A stretch of 64,000 bases of DNA from positions 288,001 through 352,000 of the forward strand of contig CAVYYI010000002.1 of assembly GCA_963772725.1 (NCBI GenBank), in the 5' to 3' direction. The stretch comes from an uncultured Phycisphaerales bacterium. GTDB lineage: Bacteria; Planctomycetota; Phycisphaerae; Sedimentisphaerales; Anaerobacaceae. This document shows positions 20,671 through 30,554 of the stretch, piece after piece. The notes under the pieces were generated by a model. The model made no database searches. It was not told where the DNA came from and saw only the letters and a list, made by a program, of their open reading frames with translations. The first letter of the stretch is position 1. Each line of letters begins with the position of its first letter. The position numbers and the translations under genes were made by a program.

Positions 20671-21330
20671 TCACTTAGTTAAAAGTTTCGGTTTTTCTTT
20701 TTGCAGCCATTTAGGCAGTTGCTCTCTTGTAACTTCTTTCCACAATCCCTTTTTGTTCCGCCGCGCAGCAACCTCCAGCTGTGTATATTTATAATAAAAG
20801 CTATGCCTGAATTGCAAATAGGCATACGCATACCCTTCGGATATTAGAATTTCATTAAGATACGTTCCATCGGGCAACTGAATATATGCCAGCAGCCGGT
20901 TATATTTGTCCCGCGTGTCGCTGATGGTATCGAGATAAATTTTGACCGGATTTCCCAGCGCTTTTGTTTTTGCGTATTCGGTTGCTTCCGGCCCGAAATA
21001 CATAACACCAGTATTGGGACTTTTCGTTTCCGGCGTATCTATTCCAATCAGCCTTATTCGCGTGCTTTTGTGTTTCCCGTCAGGTATGTCAATATCCAGC
21101 GTGTCCCCATCTACGACCTTAACAACATAAAAAGTCTTCTCGTTGTATTTTTCAAAATCGCCGCTTTTTACCTGCTCAGCCGAAGATTGAGCAGGTCGAA
21201 ATTTTTCGCTGACGAACGAACGATCAAACCAGACAAAAATACTCGACAAAATCAGGCACAGAACTAATACCGCAGAGCGGCTCCGCCTGCTCATCGCATA
21301 ACCTGTTTTATTCCTCTTCAGCATAATCAA
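20671..21330 (-). CDS. Thermonuclease (SNase-like), membrane anchored
   Basis: VVDGDT, RLIGIDTPE, DKYNRLLAY, GLW. Confidence 0.93.
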   Translation of the reverse strand: MIMLKRNKTGYAMSRRSRSAVLVLCLILSSIFVWFDRSFVSEKFRPAQSSAEQVKSGDFEKYNEKTFYVVKVVDGDTLDIDIPDGKHKSTRIRLIGIDTPETKSPNTGVMYFGPEATEYAKTKALGNPVKIYLDTISDTRDKYNRLLAYIQLPDGTYLNEILISEGYAYAYLQFRHSFYYKYTQLEVAARRNKKGLWKEVTREQLPKWLQKEKPKLLTK

Positions 21331-21363
21331 TTAACCACGAATAACCACTATTTAAAAAACAAA

Positions 21364-21431
21364 CCACAGATTACACGGAGAAAGCAAAGATTAGATAAAA
21401 TCAAATCTGTGTTTATCTGTGAAATCTGTGG
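21364..21431. repeat. Hairpin-forming inverted pair of ACAGATT/AATCTGTG trimers (empty element)
   Basis: CCACAGATTACACGGA...TCTGTGAAATCTGTGG. Confidence 0.75.
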
Positions 21432-21595
21432 CTATAGCAATTAAAGAAAATATGTAACCTTACACAGTCCGGTTGTTAAGAAGTAGAGCAACTTTGCTAG
21501 ATTCGTAGCCACTACTTATCCGCAAAAATTAGGATAAGTGGTACGGCTATACTTTTTCTTGCATTGCTATAAATTTATTTTCCTCTGCGGCGAAA

Positions 21596-22837
21596 TTACT
21601 TCTGTTTCTTGCGCTTATCCGCAGGCTTATCCAGCTCGAATGCAAGACAAACCGCCTCAAGCGCCTTTTCCGCCTGGTTCTCGTCGACGATACAGCTTAT
21701 CCGTATTTCGCTGGTCGTTATAGAATCAATATTCACCTTTGCGTTCGCCAGTGCGCCGAACATCTTATCGGCGATACCATAATGCGACCGCATCCCGACG
21801 CCCACCGCAGAAACCTCCGCAATATCCTCTCGAATAAAAATCTTTTCGCATCCGATGTCTTTTTTGATTTCCTCGACAGCCTGTTTGGCCGCCTCCAGGT
21901 CAGATACGCCGATTGTGAACGACAGGTTGGCCTTCTCTTTGCTGACCTCGGTCTGAATTATGTCGTTAATAATCACCTTCGCCCTGGCCAGGTGCGAAAA
22001 TACCTTCGCCGCGTTGCCTGGCTTGTTATTAACGCCGTTAAGACCTATTTTCGCCATCTCTTTTTGAATCGTTGCGCCCGATACTACTATATCTTCCATT
22101 TGTGGTACCTCGTGAGTTATTAATGTTCCTTCTATTTCTTCACTACTGCTTCTTACGTGAATTTTAACGTTATATTTTTTCCCGAACTCTATCGAGCGGC
22201 CATGCATTACTCCCGCGCCGAGGCTAGCCAGCTCAAGCATCTCATCATAACTTACTTCTTTCATCTTGACAGCTTTTTTGAAGATGCGCGGGTCGGTCGT
22301 ATAAATACCGTCAACGTCCGTATAGATTTCGCACTCGTGAGCCTTCAGAGCCGCCGCGATTGCAACCGCCGTCGTATCCGAGCCGCCTCTGCCCAGCGTT
22401 GTTATATTCTCGTTCTCGTCTATGCCCTGAAAGCCCGCGACCAGAACCACTTTGCCCGCGTTAAGTTCCTTGCAAATTCTTTCCGTCCCGATGCTCTTAA
22501 TCCTCGCCTTTGTATGCACGCCGTCCGTCATCATCTTTATCTGACCGCCAGTGAAACTGATGGCCGGATAACCCATCGCGTCCAGCGCCATTGCGAAAAG
22601 CGATACCGTTTGCTGCTCGCCAGTGCTGAGTAACTGGTCCATTTCCCGCTTTTGGGGATTAGGATTCAATTCCTTGGCGTCTGCAATCAGCTCATCCGTC
22701 TGATGACCTCTGGCTGATGCGACTACCACAACCTGATAACCTTTTTTTACCGCATCGATTACGCGTTTTGATGCCCTGCGGATTTTCTCCGCGTTCGCAA
22801 CTGATGTCCCGCCAAATTTTTGTACAAGTATTGCCAT
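21596..22837 (-). CDS. lysC: Aspartate kinase
   Basis: VQKFGGTSV, TTLGRGGSDTTA, YTDVDG, two ACT domains. Confidence 0.96.
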   Translation of the reverse strand: MAILVQKFGGTSVANAEKIRRASKRVIDAVKKGYQVVVVASARGHQTDELIADAKELNPNPQKREMDQLLSTGEQQTVSLFAMALDAMGYPAISFTGGQIKMMTDGVHTKARIKSIGTERICKELNAGKVVLVAGFQGIDENENITTLGRGGSDTTAVAIAAALKAHECEIYTDVDGIYTTDPRIFKKAVKMKEVSYDEMLELASLGAGVMHGRSIEFGKKYNVKIHVRSSSEEIEGTLITHEVPQMEDIVVSGATIQKEMAKIGLNGVNNKPGNAAKVFSHLARAKVIINDIIQTEVSKEKANLSFTIGVSDLEAAKQAVEEIKKDIGCEKIFIREDIAEVSAVGVGMRSHYGIADKMFGALANAKVNIDSITTSEIRISCIVDENQAEKALEAVCLAFELDKPADKRKKQK

Positions 22838-22874
22838 AATTCATCCTAACCAAACGCTTAAACTTTTATACCTT

Positions 22875-24065
22875 TCAACTCTTTAAGAAATATTCCATTA
22901 ATTCGAAACCTTTGTCAATTCTTATCCCAGACTCAACAGCGTTGGCCTCGCTGAAAGGCAGATTCAAAATACCTTTCACGCCCGTCCCAGCCATCGCAAA
23001 TGGAACCGCATCCGCCGAGTGAGCGCAGCTCTTTACCGGCGTAGGATGGTCCGGCGCAACCAGTATCCGCCAATTTTCATATTTCCGCATCGCCTGATAT
23101 ACCGGACCGACAATATGTTTATCAATCTGCTCAATCGCCTTTTTCTTCAGCAATGCGTTGCCGCTATGCGACGCCTCATCCGGCGCCTCGATATGCACAA
23201 AAACAATATCGTATTTCTCCAGCGCCTCTATCGCCGCCGCACCCTTGCCCGCGTAATTCGTATCTGTAAATCCCGTCGCCCCGGGTACATTTATCAACTC
23301 AAACCCAATCAGCTTCGACAGCCCCCTGACCAGGTCCACAGCCGTAATCGAAGCGCCCTTCAAACCAAACCGCTCCCTGAAACTGTCCATAACAGTTTTT
23401 CTGCCCTGTCCCCAAAGCCATATCGAACTGACCTGATTTTCATTGAGGTCTCTCCTGACCTTGTTGATTTCATGCTCCGCGAAAAGCTGCTGCGATTTGG
23501 CCATCAGATTTATCAGCACGTCCGAACCTTTCCCCCGAGGCAGTATCTTCTCCACCTTCGTCCCAATATAGTCGTGAGGCGGATAAGTATGAACGTCAAA
23601 ATCCGCCCCATTAAACACCAGCAGATGCCGATAACTTACACCCTCATAAAAATGTATACTTTCCGAACCAAACAACTCGTTCAGGTCTTTTATCAGCCTG
23701 CCGCCTTCCTTCGTGGAAATATGTCCCGCGCTGTGGTCGGCCATCTGACCATCCGCAAACGTTACCATATTGCACCTGAATACCCAATCGCTCGGCGACA
23801 ATTCGATATTCATCGCCGCCGCCTCTATCGGTGCTCTGCCCGAATAATACTTTGCCGGGTCATAACCAAGCAAACTCATCTGCGCCACGTCGCTGCCCGC
23901 CTCCATATTCGCCGGCACAGTCTGCACAAGCCCAAGCCTGCCTTCCATACTGATTATATCCATATTTGGAATCTCAGCCGCCTCAAGTGCCGTCTTATTC
24001 CCGAATTGTTCGAGCTTTTCATCCGCTGCGCCGTCAGGAACGATGATTACATACTTACTGCTCAA
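22875..24065 (-). CDS. apgM: ApgM-family cofactor-independent phosphoglycerate mutase-like protein
   Basis: PDGAAD, GSDVA, HIEAPDEASH, PDHPTP...H; TTG start overlaps the hom stop. Confidence 0.85.
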   Translation of the reverse strand: MSSKYVIIVPDGAADEKLEQFGNKTALEAAEIPNMDIISMEGRLGLVQTVPANMEAGSDVAQMSLLGYDPAKYYSGRAPIEAAAMNIELSPSDWVFRCNMVTFADGQMADHSAGHISTKEGGRLIKDLNELFGSESIHFYEGVSYRHLLVFNGADFDVHTYPPHDYIGTKVEKILPRGKGSDVLINLMAKSQQLFAEHEINKVRRDLNENQVSSIWLWGQGRKTVMDSFRERFGLKGASITAVDLVRGLSKLIGFELINVPGATGFTDTNYAGKGAAAIEALEKYDIVFVHIEAPDEASHSGNALLKKKAIEQIDKHIVGPVYQAMRKYENWRILVAPDHPTPVKSCAHSADAVPFAMAGTGVKGILNLPFSEANAVESGIRIDKGFELMEYFLKS

Positions 24066-25381
24066 TCTCCGTCCTCCTCGGGTATATCCACTATCCTTAT
24101 ACACACAGGCTTGCTGCAAACCGTATTCAATTGACTTAGCCGCTTGATTGCCGCGCCTACCTTGCTCTCCTTGTTCGGATGCGTCGTTATAACCGCAGGA
24201 ACCGTATCTTTAGGCCCTCGCCCCTCATGCTGCAAAACCCCCGATATGCTTATCGCGTTATCCGCCAGAATCTTGCCTATCTGCGCGAACACTCCAGGCC
24301 GGTCTTTCACCATCAGCCTGATATAAAACCTGCTCAAAAGGTCACCGATTTTTTCTATCTTCGCCTCTTTGTTAGGCCGGATACTCAACTGGTTAAATGT
24401 CGTCCTCGAATTGCCCATCGCAACATCAATAATATCCGCCGTCACCGCGCTGGCCGTCGGCATCATCCCAGCCCCGCGCCCGTAAAACATAACCTGTCCC
24501 ACCGCGCTGCCGAATATGCTCACCGCGTTAAACGCTCCCTTTACCCGCGCCAGCGAATTTTCCTTCGATATAAAAGATGGATGCACCCGCAGCGATATCA
24601 TTCCGTTCTCGTCCCTTTGCCCGATCGCCAGCAGTTTCAGACGATACCCCATCTCATCGCCGTAACGAATATCGTCTTTCGAGATTCCCTCTATCCCCTC
24701 AACAAAAATATCTTTCAGCCGGATTTCATACCCGAAGGCTATTGATGCCAGTATCGCCAGTTTGTGTGCGCTGTCCCCGCCGCTTATATCCAGCGTCGGA
24801 TCCGCCTCTGCGTACCCTTTCTTCTGCGCAGCCGCCAGCACCTCTGCGAAATCCAGACCTTTGTCCGTCATATTCGAGAGAATATAATTACACGTCCCGT
24901 TCACAATCCCGTAAATCGCGTTTATATTATTTGCCGTCAGCCCCGTCCTGATTGCTGATATAATCGGTATCCCGCCCGCGCAGCTCGCTTCGAACGCTAT
25001 GCACTTCCCTTTCCGCCTCGCCGCCGCATAAAGCTCGCTCCCGTATTCCGCCAGCAGCGCCTTATTCGCCGTTACAACATCCTTGCCCGAATCCAGCATC
25101 TTAAGCTGAATCTGCTTGGCAACCCCCGTCCCGCCGACAAGTTCAATCCCGATTTCAATACTCTTATCTTTCAGCAGCCTGTCTAAGTCCGTTGTTAACA
25201 AGCCCTTAGGCAGATTTATTAGCCGAACCGACTTGGTATCCTTATCCACCACGCACGCAAGTTCCAGACGTATCCCGGTCTTGGCAGCTATAGAATCCGC
25301 CTCTTCCAGTATCAGCTTAGCCACACCGCTGCCAACCGTCCCGAAACCAACCAGACCTACCTTGACACTTTTTTCTGTCAT
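24062..25381 (-). CDS. hom: Homoserine dehydrogenase with C-terminal ACT domain
   Basis: GFGTVGSG, VVTANK, NGTCNYIL, GYAEADP, G.GAG..PTASAV. Confidence 0.96.
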   Translation of the reverse strand: MTEKSVKVGLVGFGTVGSGVAKLILEEADSIAAKTGIRLELACVVDKDTKSVRLINLPKGLLTTDLDRLLKDKSIEIGIELVGGTGVAKQIQLKMLDSGKDVVTANKALLAEYGSELYAAARRKGKCIAFEASCAGGIPIISAIRTGLTANNINAIYGIVNGTCNYILSNMTDKGLDFAEVLAAAQKKGYAEADPTLDISGGDSAHKLAILASIAFGYEIRLKDIFVEGIEGISKDDIRYGDEMGYRLKLLAIGQRDENGMISLRVHPSFISKENSLARVKGAFNAVSIFGSAVGQVMFYGRGAGMMPTASAVTADIIDVAMGNSRTTFNQLSIRPNKEAKIEKIGDLLSRFYIRLMVKDRPGVFAQIGKILADNAISISGVLQHEGRGPKDTVPAVITTHPNKESKVGAAIKRLSQLNTVCSKPVCIRIVDIPEEDGD

Positions 25382-25641
25382 AATTTCACTAATTTTAAAT
25401 TTTTAACTTTAATTTTTACATTCCCTACGCTGCGGGCAGTTAATTTAACGCAAAAACCGCCCTGTGGTCAAGCAAAAACCAGCCAATATTCATTATAAGT
25501 TCCCCGAATAACCTCTCCCCCGTGTATCGAATGACATTTAGTTTACCACGCCGATTTATTCGGGAGGTTTAATCTGCGAAAGTTATTGAGCGTTCTTTCC
25601 CTTCCCCCGCGAAACACTACGGATGAAACCGGTAGATGGAG

Positions 25642-26055
25642 TTATTTGGGGAGCTTGGTCAGCGACCACTTTTTAGAATCCCAATTATATTCGAAGACCA
25701 TATTCTTAGGATTTTCATATGACCCATCAGGAAATGATGCTCTTACAGAGTTTACATCCCATATCAGCTTTGCATCTCTTTCGCGGAAATGCATACTATC
25801 TGCCTTCGTATCATAAACGATTAATGCTTTTTTAAAATCGAATCCTTCAGATACTCCATTAAACATTATGTAATTTTTCGTTTCCCATCTCGTCCCTAAG
25901 GAGAACAATGTTAATTCGTATTTTTTATCAGGTGAGCAATAAGAATGGCCGCCTCCACGAGTATTAACCATTTTCCACAACCAGCATAGTATTACTGTCA
26001 CAAGAGCTGTAATGATGATAATCCATAACTTCCCACTGAAATGTTTTAAAAACAT
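25642..26055 (-). CDS. Hypothetical protein with N-terminal TM helix
   Basis: 137-aa AT-rich ORF with GGAAAAG upstream. Confidence 0.55.
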   Translation of the reverse strand: MFLKHFSGKLWIIIITALVTVILCWLWKMVNTRGGGHSYCSPDKKYELTLFSLGTRWETKNYIMFNGVSEGFDFKKALIVYDTKADSMHFRERDAKLIWDVNSVRASFPDGSYENPKNMVFEYNWDSKKWSLTKLPK

Positions 26056-26078
26056 TCTTTTTCCTTTTAATTATTCTG

Positions 26079-26987
26079 TCAGCGACTAAAATTCGATTTA
26101 AAATCAGAAACGGCTTTAATATGCCGTGGGGTGGTGCCGCAGCAGCCGCCGAGGATTTTTATTCCTGCTGAGTAGATTCTTTTGGCGGCGTTGGCGAATT
26201 CTTGCGGGGTAACTTTGTACTGAGCTTTGCCGTCAATTAATTCGGGCAGGCCCGCGTTGGGTTCAGCGAAAATAAGTACATTCCGCGGCAAAGTCTTTGC
26301 AGTCGAAACAAATTTTTCGGCAAGTTTAACATAATTATCGAGCGAAACTGTGCCGCAGTTAAAACCGACGGCATCGACATCCATCGCGCCAAGTTTTGAA
26401 ACGGCTGATTGAACACTAACACCCATCATCGTTTTGAAATCGTCGCCGGCGGTATCAAAGGCCATTGACACAAACAGAGGCAAATCGGAAACAGACCGGA
26501 CAGCCTCAACCGCCAAAACAGCTTCATCAAGAGCGGTCATTGTCTCGATGCTAAAACCATCTACGCCCCCTGCCATGAGAGCCTGCGCTTGCTGCGCAAA
26601 AGCGATTTTCAAATCATCCTGCTTTAAGAGTCCCAGCGGTTCGAGGAAATCCCCACTGGGGCCTATGTCGCCAAGAACATATTTTTCGTTGCCGGCGGCT
26701 TTTCGCGCAATCTGCGCACCTGCGATATTTATCTTGTCAACCATTTCGGAGAATCCATGCCTGCCCAAAGCGTATTTATTAGCGCCAAATGTGTTGGTCA
26801 GAACAGCATCGCTGCCGGAATCAAAATAACTGCTGTGAATCGCGGAAATAATTTCAGGCGATTCGATATTGAGATATTCGTTGCATTTTCCGGGTTCGAT
26901 GCCGCGAGCGAACAACTGCGTTCCCATTGCACCATCGAGTAAAAACAAATCCTGCTTAATACGGTTTCTTAAATCTGTTCTGTTCAT
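26079..26987 (-). CDS. Homocysteine S-methyltransferase domain protein (stand-alone MetH N-terminal domain)
   Basis: LDGAMGT, TNTFGAN, IETM, GFNC, PNAGLP, GGCCGTTP.HI. Confidence 0.92.
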   Translation of the reverse strand: MNRTDLRNRIKQDLFLLDGAMGTQLFARGIEPGKCNEYLNIESPEIISAIHSSYFDSGSDAVLTNTFGANKYALGRHGFSEMVDKINIAGAQIARKAAGNEKYVLGDIGPSGDFLEPLGLLKQDDLKIAFAQQAQALMAGGVDGFSIETMTALDEAVLAVEAVRSVSDLPLFVSMAFDTAGDDFKTMMGVSVQSAVSKLGAMDVDAVGFNCGTVSLDNYVKLAEKFVSTAKTLPRNVLIFAEPNAGLPELIDGKAQYKVTPQEFANAAKRIYSAGIKILGGCCGTTPRHIKAVSDFKSNFSR

Positions 26988-27004
26988 AGATAGACTCCGA
27001 TTAT

Positions 27005-27871
27005 TTATTCGCGTGATTGTTCAATTACGTTGCCGTCCACAACTTCCATAATATGTTTAAAACCCTTCGGCGGCGGTTTCTTGAAAAGAACTTTAGCCTG
27101 CGCAGCGTTTATATCCGTCGCTGAGGTGGAGTTCAGGGTAATAGTAAATGAATCCTTAATATGGCCGTCCGCGGAAGCGGCAATTTTTATATACGACGGT
27201 ATAAAAAAATTCTCGGCGGCTTTTTCGTATTTGCCCATCTCGGCAGTTAGTATATTCTTCCCGTTCGCGTCGAAATATTCAATCTTCGAAACTTTCCTGT
27301 CGCAGTTATAGACATATATTTTCTCAAGGGTTGTTCCGTTTTGGGTTTTTGTCAGCACATCAAATGCGCCCTGGTTTGAAAGAGACCAGTTCTTCTCAGA
27401 ATCCGCTACGATAAGCCCGAAAGCCTCAAGCAAAATCCGGGGATTAATTTTCAAGAGTCCCAGGCTGTTCTGCTGCGACCACCTGCCCCACCAATAGCTG
27501 CTAATATCTTTGTGCCTTATAGATAGCCAGAACTCATCAGCATTTGAACCGAGAACAATTCCCTTCGGGTCAAAACCAACGTCTCCCTGCAGATAAATAT
27601 TTATCGGAGGACTGACCCATATTTTAACAGCGAAATTTTGTTTATCCTTACCGTTAAAGTAGATACATCGGCCGTTACCTCTCCACGACACAGCGTTTTT
27701 ATAATTTGTTTTCAATGCGGATAAGGCATCTTCAACAGATGCGGCACCGGGACAAACTTTTGCGGACTTACGCATCTGCGGTGCACAGCCAACAAAAAAC
27801 AGCATTATAACCACTAAAACAGAAAGAGTTTTGAATTTTGAGTTTTGAGCTTTAAGTTTATTCTGTATCAT
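27005..27871 (-). CDS. Putative lipoprotein
   Basis: Lipobox-like FFVGC after a hydrophobic stretch. Confidence 0.7.
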   Translation of the reverse strand: MIQNKLKAQNSKFKTLSVLVVIMLFFVGCAPQMRKSAKVCPGAASVEDALSALKTNYKNAVSWRGNGRCIYFNGKDKQNFAVKIWVSPPINIYLQGDVGFDPKGIVLGSNADEFWLSIRHKDISSYWWGRWSQQNSLGLLKINPRILLEAFGLIVADSEKNWSLSNQGAFDVLTKTQNGTTLEKIYVYNCDRKVSKIEYFDANGKNILTAEMGKYEKAAENFFIPSYIKIAASADGHIKDSFTITLNSTSATDINAAQAKVLFKKPPPKGFKHIMEVVDGNVIEQSRE

Positions 27872-27876
27872 TTGTA

Positions 27877-28365
27877 TTATATGTCTACCTGCAATATCAG
27901 ACTTACCTGTGACGACAACTGCTCAATTTTTTTCTCGTCGAGGTGCGGATTAACGACATCGACAAACCTGTCCTCTCCGGTAACTTTCAAATGCCATATT
28001 TCCGTGTCGCTTTGTGTCCTTGATGACTCATACTTGAGACGTCGTTTCCGCATTAAAATCAGCATCAGAACAAAACGGAAGTTCAGCTTTTCGGGGTCAG
28101 TTTCTTTTTCAAGTCTTTCAAAAAACGCTATCAGCATCTCGTCATCGACGAACATCTGCTTTTTTTGATTCGGCTGGGGCAGTTTAGTTTTCCAGTGACA
28201 GAAGACGGCAGGCTTTCCCCGCTGCCAGTAATCCGCTGAAAAATCACGCCGCACAAGTCCCTGCTCCGTTTCCACGAGGGCGGCAAAATATTCTTCGCCG
28301 TATTCTATCTTTTCACCCGTCCCGGAACATTGTCCGAGAGGCTTGTTAATTTCCCATTCGTCCAT
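27877..28365 (-). CDS. Hypothetical protein
   Basis: 162-aa ORF overlapping the upstream gene; RFVL.L.LMRKRRLK motif. Confidence 0.7.
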   Translation of the reverse strand: MDEWEINKPLGQCSGTGEKIEYGEEYFAALVETEQGLVRRDFSADYWQRGKPAVFCHWKTKLPQPNQKKQMFVDDEMLIAFFERLEKETDPEKLNFRFVLMLILMRKRRLKYESSRTQSDTEIWHLKVTGEDRFVDVVNPHLDEKKIEQLSSQVSLILQVDI

Positions 28366-28765
28366 CTTTTATTTCTTCTCTATCCTTATTAAATTTCAGC
28401 CATTGCTCCATATTCTGCACGATTTTAGGCCCAATGCCCTTAATCTTTCTCAAATCCTGCGAGCTTTGAAATACAGGACTGTTTCCATCTTTATCGGCAT
28501 GCTCCTGTCGATAATTCTCTATCGTTTTAGCCAATCCAATTCCTATTCCCGGCAGCCTTACAAGACTCGCCACCGGAGCGTCATTAGGATTGATTTTCTC
28601 ATCCAATTGAATACTAATCGCCTCTGGCCGCTGAAATCCTGAAGCAGAAAAATATATAGAGAAAAGCACCGATATAAACACCGAAATAATAAAGGCAGAC
28701 GATTGTATTTTGTCCCGGACGATTTCAGTTTTTTGATTAAAATTGCCGCCTGCCATATTGCACAC
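28346..28765 (-). CDS. ComEA-like helix-hairpin-helix protein
   Basis: INPNDA...L..LPGIG...A..I and L.KIKGIGPK. Confidence 0.85.
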   Translation of the reverse strand: MCNMAGGNFNQKTEIVRDKIQSSAFIISVFISVLFSIYFSASGFQRPEAISIQLDEKINPNDAPVASLVRLPGIGIGLAKTIENYRQEHADKDGNSPVFQSSQDLRKIKGIGPKIVQNMEQWLKFNKDREEIKDGRMGN

Positions 28766-30235
28766 TTAACGGCTGAATATTGCTTCGTGAAGATTTTTCA
28801 ATACCCTGAAAGACTTCTTCGACGCCATATCTTTAGCCAGCAAACCGCTGTTAATAAAATTATTATTCTCGGTGTCAGCAAGAGCCGAATATGTTACCGA
28901 ATCGACAAACGGCTTACTGAACGCTATTTTATAAAACTCATCAATCCACTGCTCCTGGCGGTTCTGATTCCACTCTTTCAGCCAGACGCCGGAAAGACCA
29001 TCGCATTTTGATTCCACAATTTCACTGGGCACTTCGACCTCTGTGATATGCAGAGGCTTTCCTGCCGCGCCGAAATTATCCAGAATCGCCGAAATCTGCA
29101 TCATATCCCGTGTGTATATATCGGCCTGGTTTTTATCAAAACGCATCAGCAGGCTAAAAGCGTCAAAATTGATTCCACCCTGCATAATCATATCCATATA
29201 TACAAGCGGCGGCAGAGTAGACGGCAGGGAGGCAAAATATTCCCCCCAGGGATTACTTACTTCGACAATCTTGAATGCCTTTTCATTGGCGGCCTTGGCG
29301 GCCATGTTCGCCGCGCGAGTCATCTCCAAGACCTGCTCAAAATTAAAACCAAACTGATTAAATATATTGAGCCCGCTTATAACCCGCCACATTCGGATGC
29401 TGCCGGTGTATCGTGATATTATCTTCAAAATAAATCTGTACGCTGCCTCACGAACCGTTTCAAATTCGCCTCCGCTTTCCAGTAGCCACTTAGGAAGATA
29501 CTCCTGTGTAAAACACAACAAAGGCCCAGCGCAAAGGACAACTTTCTTTTTAGCAAGTGCCTCTATACAGGCGTCAATACCTGCAAAATTGTATTTGTCT
29601 TTCTCAGGCTCAATTTGTGCCCAATTAACTGGAATAGTCATAAACCCAAACATGTCAAGCAGTTTCTTGAGATACCTGGCATCTGCCAACAGTTCCGGGT
29701 TTACTTTGCAACCGAGGCATCCCCTGCCGAACCCGTGATTCCTGACCCTCGTGTTGAAAACAGTTTCAGCCTGGTTTACGGCAAGCTTTTCTGAAAAAAC
29801 AACAGCCTTTTCAAGAGACTCATCTGCCAGCATCGAGGCCTTGGCGGAGTCGCCGACATTCTGAATCGCCTGAATGAATAAATCCTGTGCCTGCCTTGAG
29901 ATTTCCCCCAATTCCTCAGTATCGTTGAAAAAAGCCCAGTCCTCCCGCTTGGTAATAACCTGCATCAGTTTTGCCCTGGCGATTTCGAGGTTCAGATTGT
30001 AAGGCTGCTCTCTGTCAGGCAGACAGGTTGTGGGCAAAAGGGTTTTTGAGCCGTTGACCGGCCATAAAAGCGCAAGACCGGATGTTTCCATACTCGGTTT
30101 TTTACATTCGATTATTCCGTTTTCAAATGCAATTTGAACACGACGAATCGCAATACCGTTTGTCCCAAACAGGTACGCACCGCATAATTCAAACTTTTCA
30201 AACAGCCTGCCGTTTTTAAAAACCTGAAATTTCAC
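28766..30235 (-). CDS. GH10 (endo-1,4-beta-xylanase)-like protein
   Basis: W..IEP....YNF, LP.WL, PLHITE; N-terminal extension. Confidence 0.7.
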   Translation of the reverse strand: MKFQVFKNGRLFEKFELCGAYLFGTNGIAIRRVQIAFENGIIECKKPSMETSGLALLWPVNGSKTLLPTTCLPDREQPYNLNLEIARAKLMQVITKREDWAFFNDTEELGEISRQAQDLFIQAIQNVGDSAKASMLADESLEKAVVFSEKLAVNQAETVFNTRVRNHGFGRGCLGCKVNPELLADARYLKKLLDMFGFMTIPVNWAQIEPEKDKYNFAGIDACIEALAKKKVVLCAGPLLCFTQEYLPKWLLESGGEFETVREAAYRFILKIISRYTGSIRMWRVISGLNIFNQFGFNFEQVLEMTRAANMAAKAANEKAFKIVEVSNPWGEYFASLPSTLPPLVYMDMIMQGGINFDAFSLLMRFDKNQADIYTRDMMQISAILDNFGAAGKPLHITEVEVPSEIVESKCDGLSGVWLKEWNQNRQEQWIDEFYKIAFSKPFVDSVTYSALADTENNNFINSGLLAKDMASKKSFRVLKNLHEAIFSR

Positions 30236-30554
30236 TCTTGGCCTCTAAACTAAAAATAAATTTTTAACCTAAGCCATTACCGTATTAACATAATATAAAA
30301 AGTTAGACGCTTATTATAACTATTTCGCCCCCGAAAGCAACCCCAACTTTAATATACCAACAGCGAAGGCGCACTCGCCATACCGTTTGCCGTAAGTTTA
30401 CAGGAAGAAAAGCTTGTATTCTTCCTAAGCTTAATGATATAATATTTTACTAAGGTCAGGATGTGGTGCAAGCGTGGGGAGGAAATTTCACCTTTGTCCG
30501 TAAACAACGGACATGAGGGATTTGATTTGCTTAGAGAAAAGGGGATAACGATTT

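Noticed and set aside
23019..24745. Long plus-strand ORFs (371 and 188 aa) and similar antisense ORFs across the window
   Set aside because: These are shadows of well-supported opposite-strand genes caused by codon bias, with no recognisable motifs.
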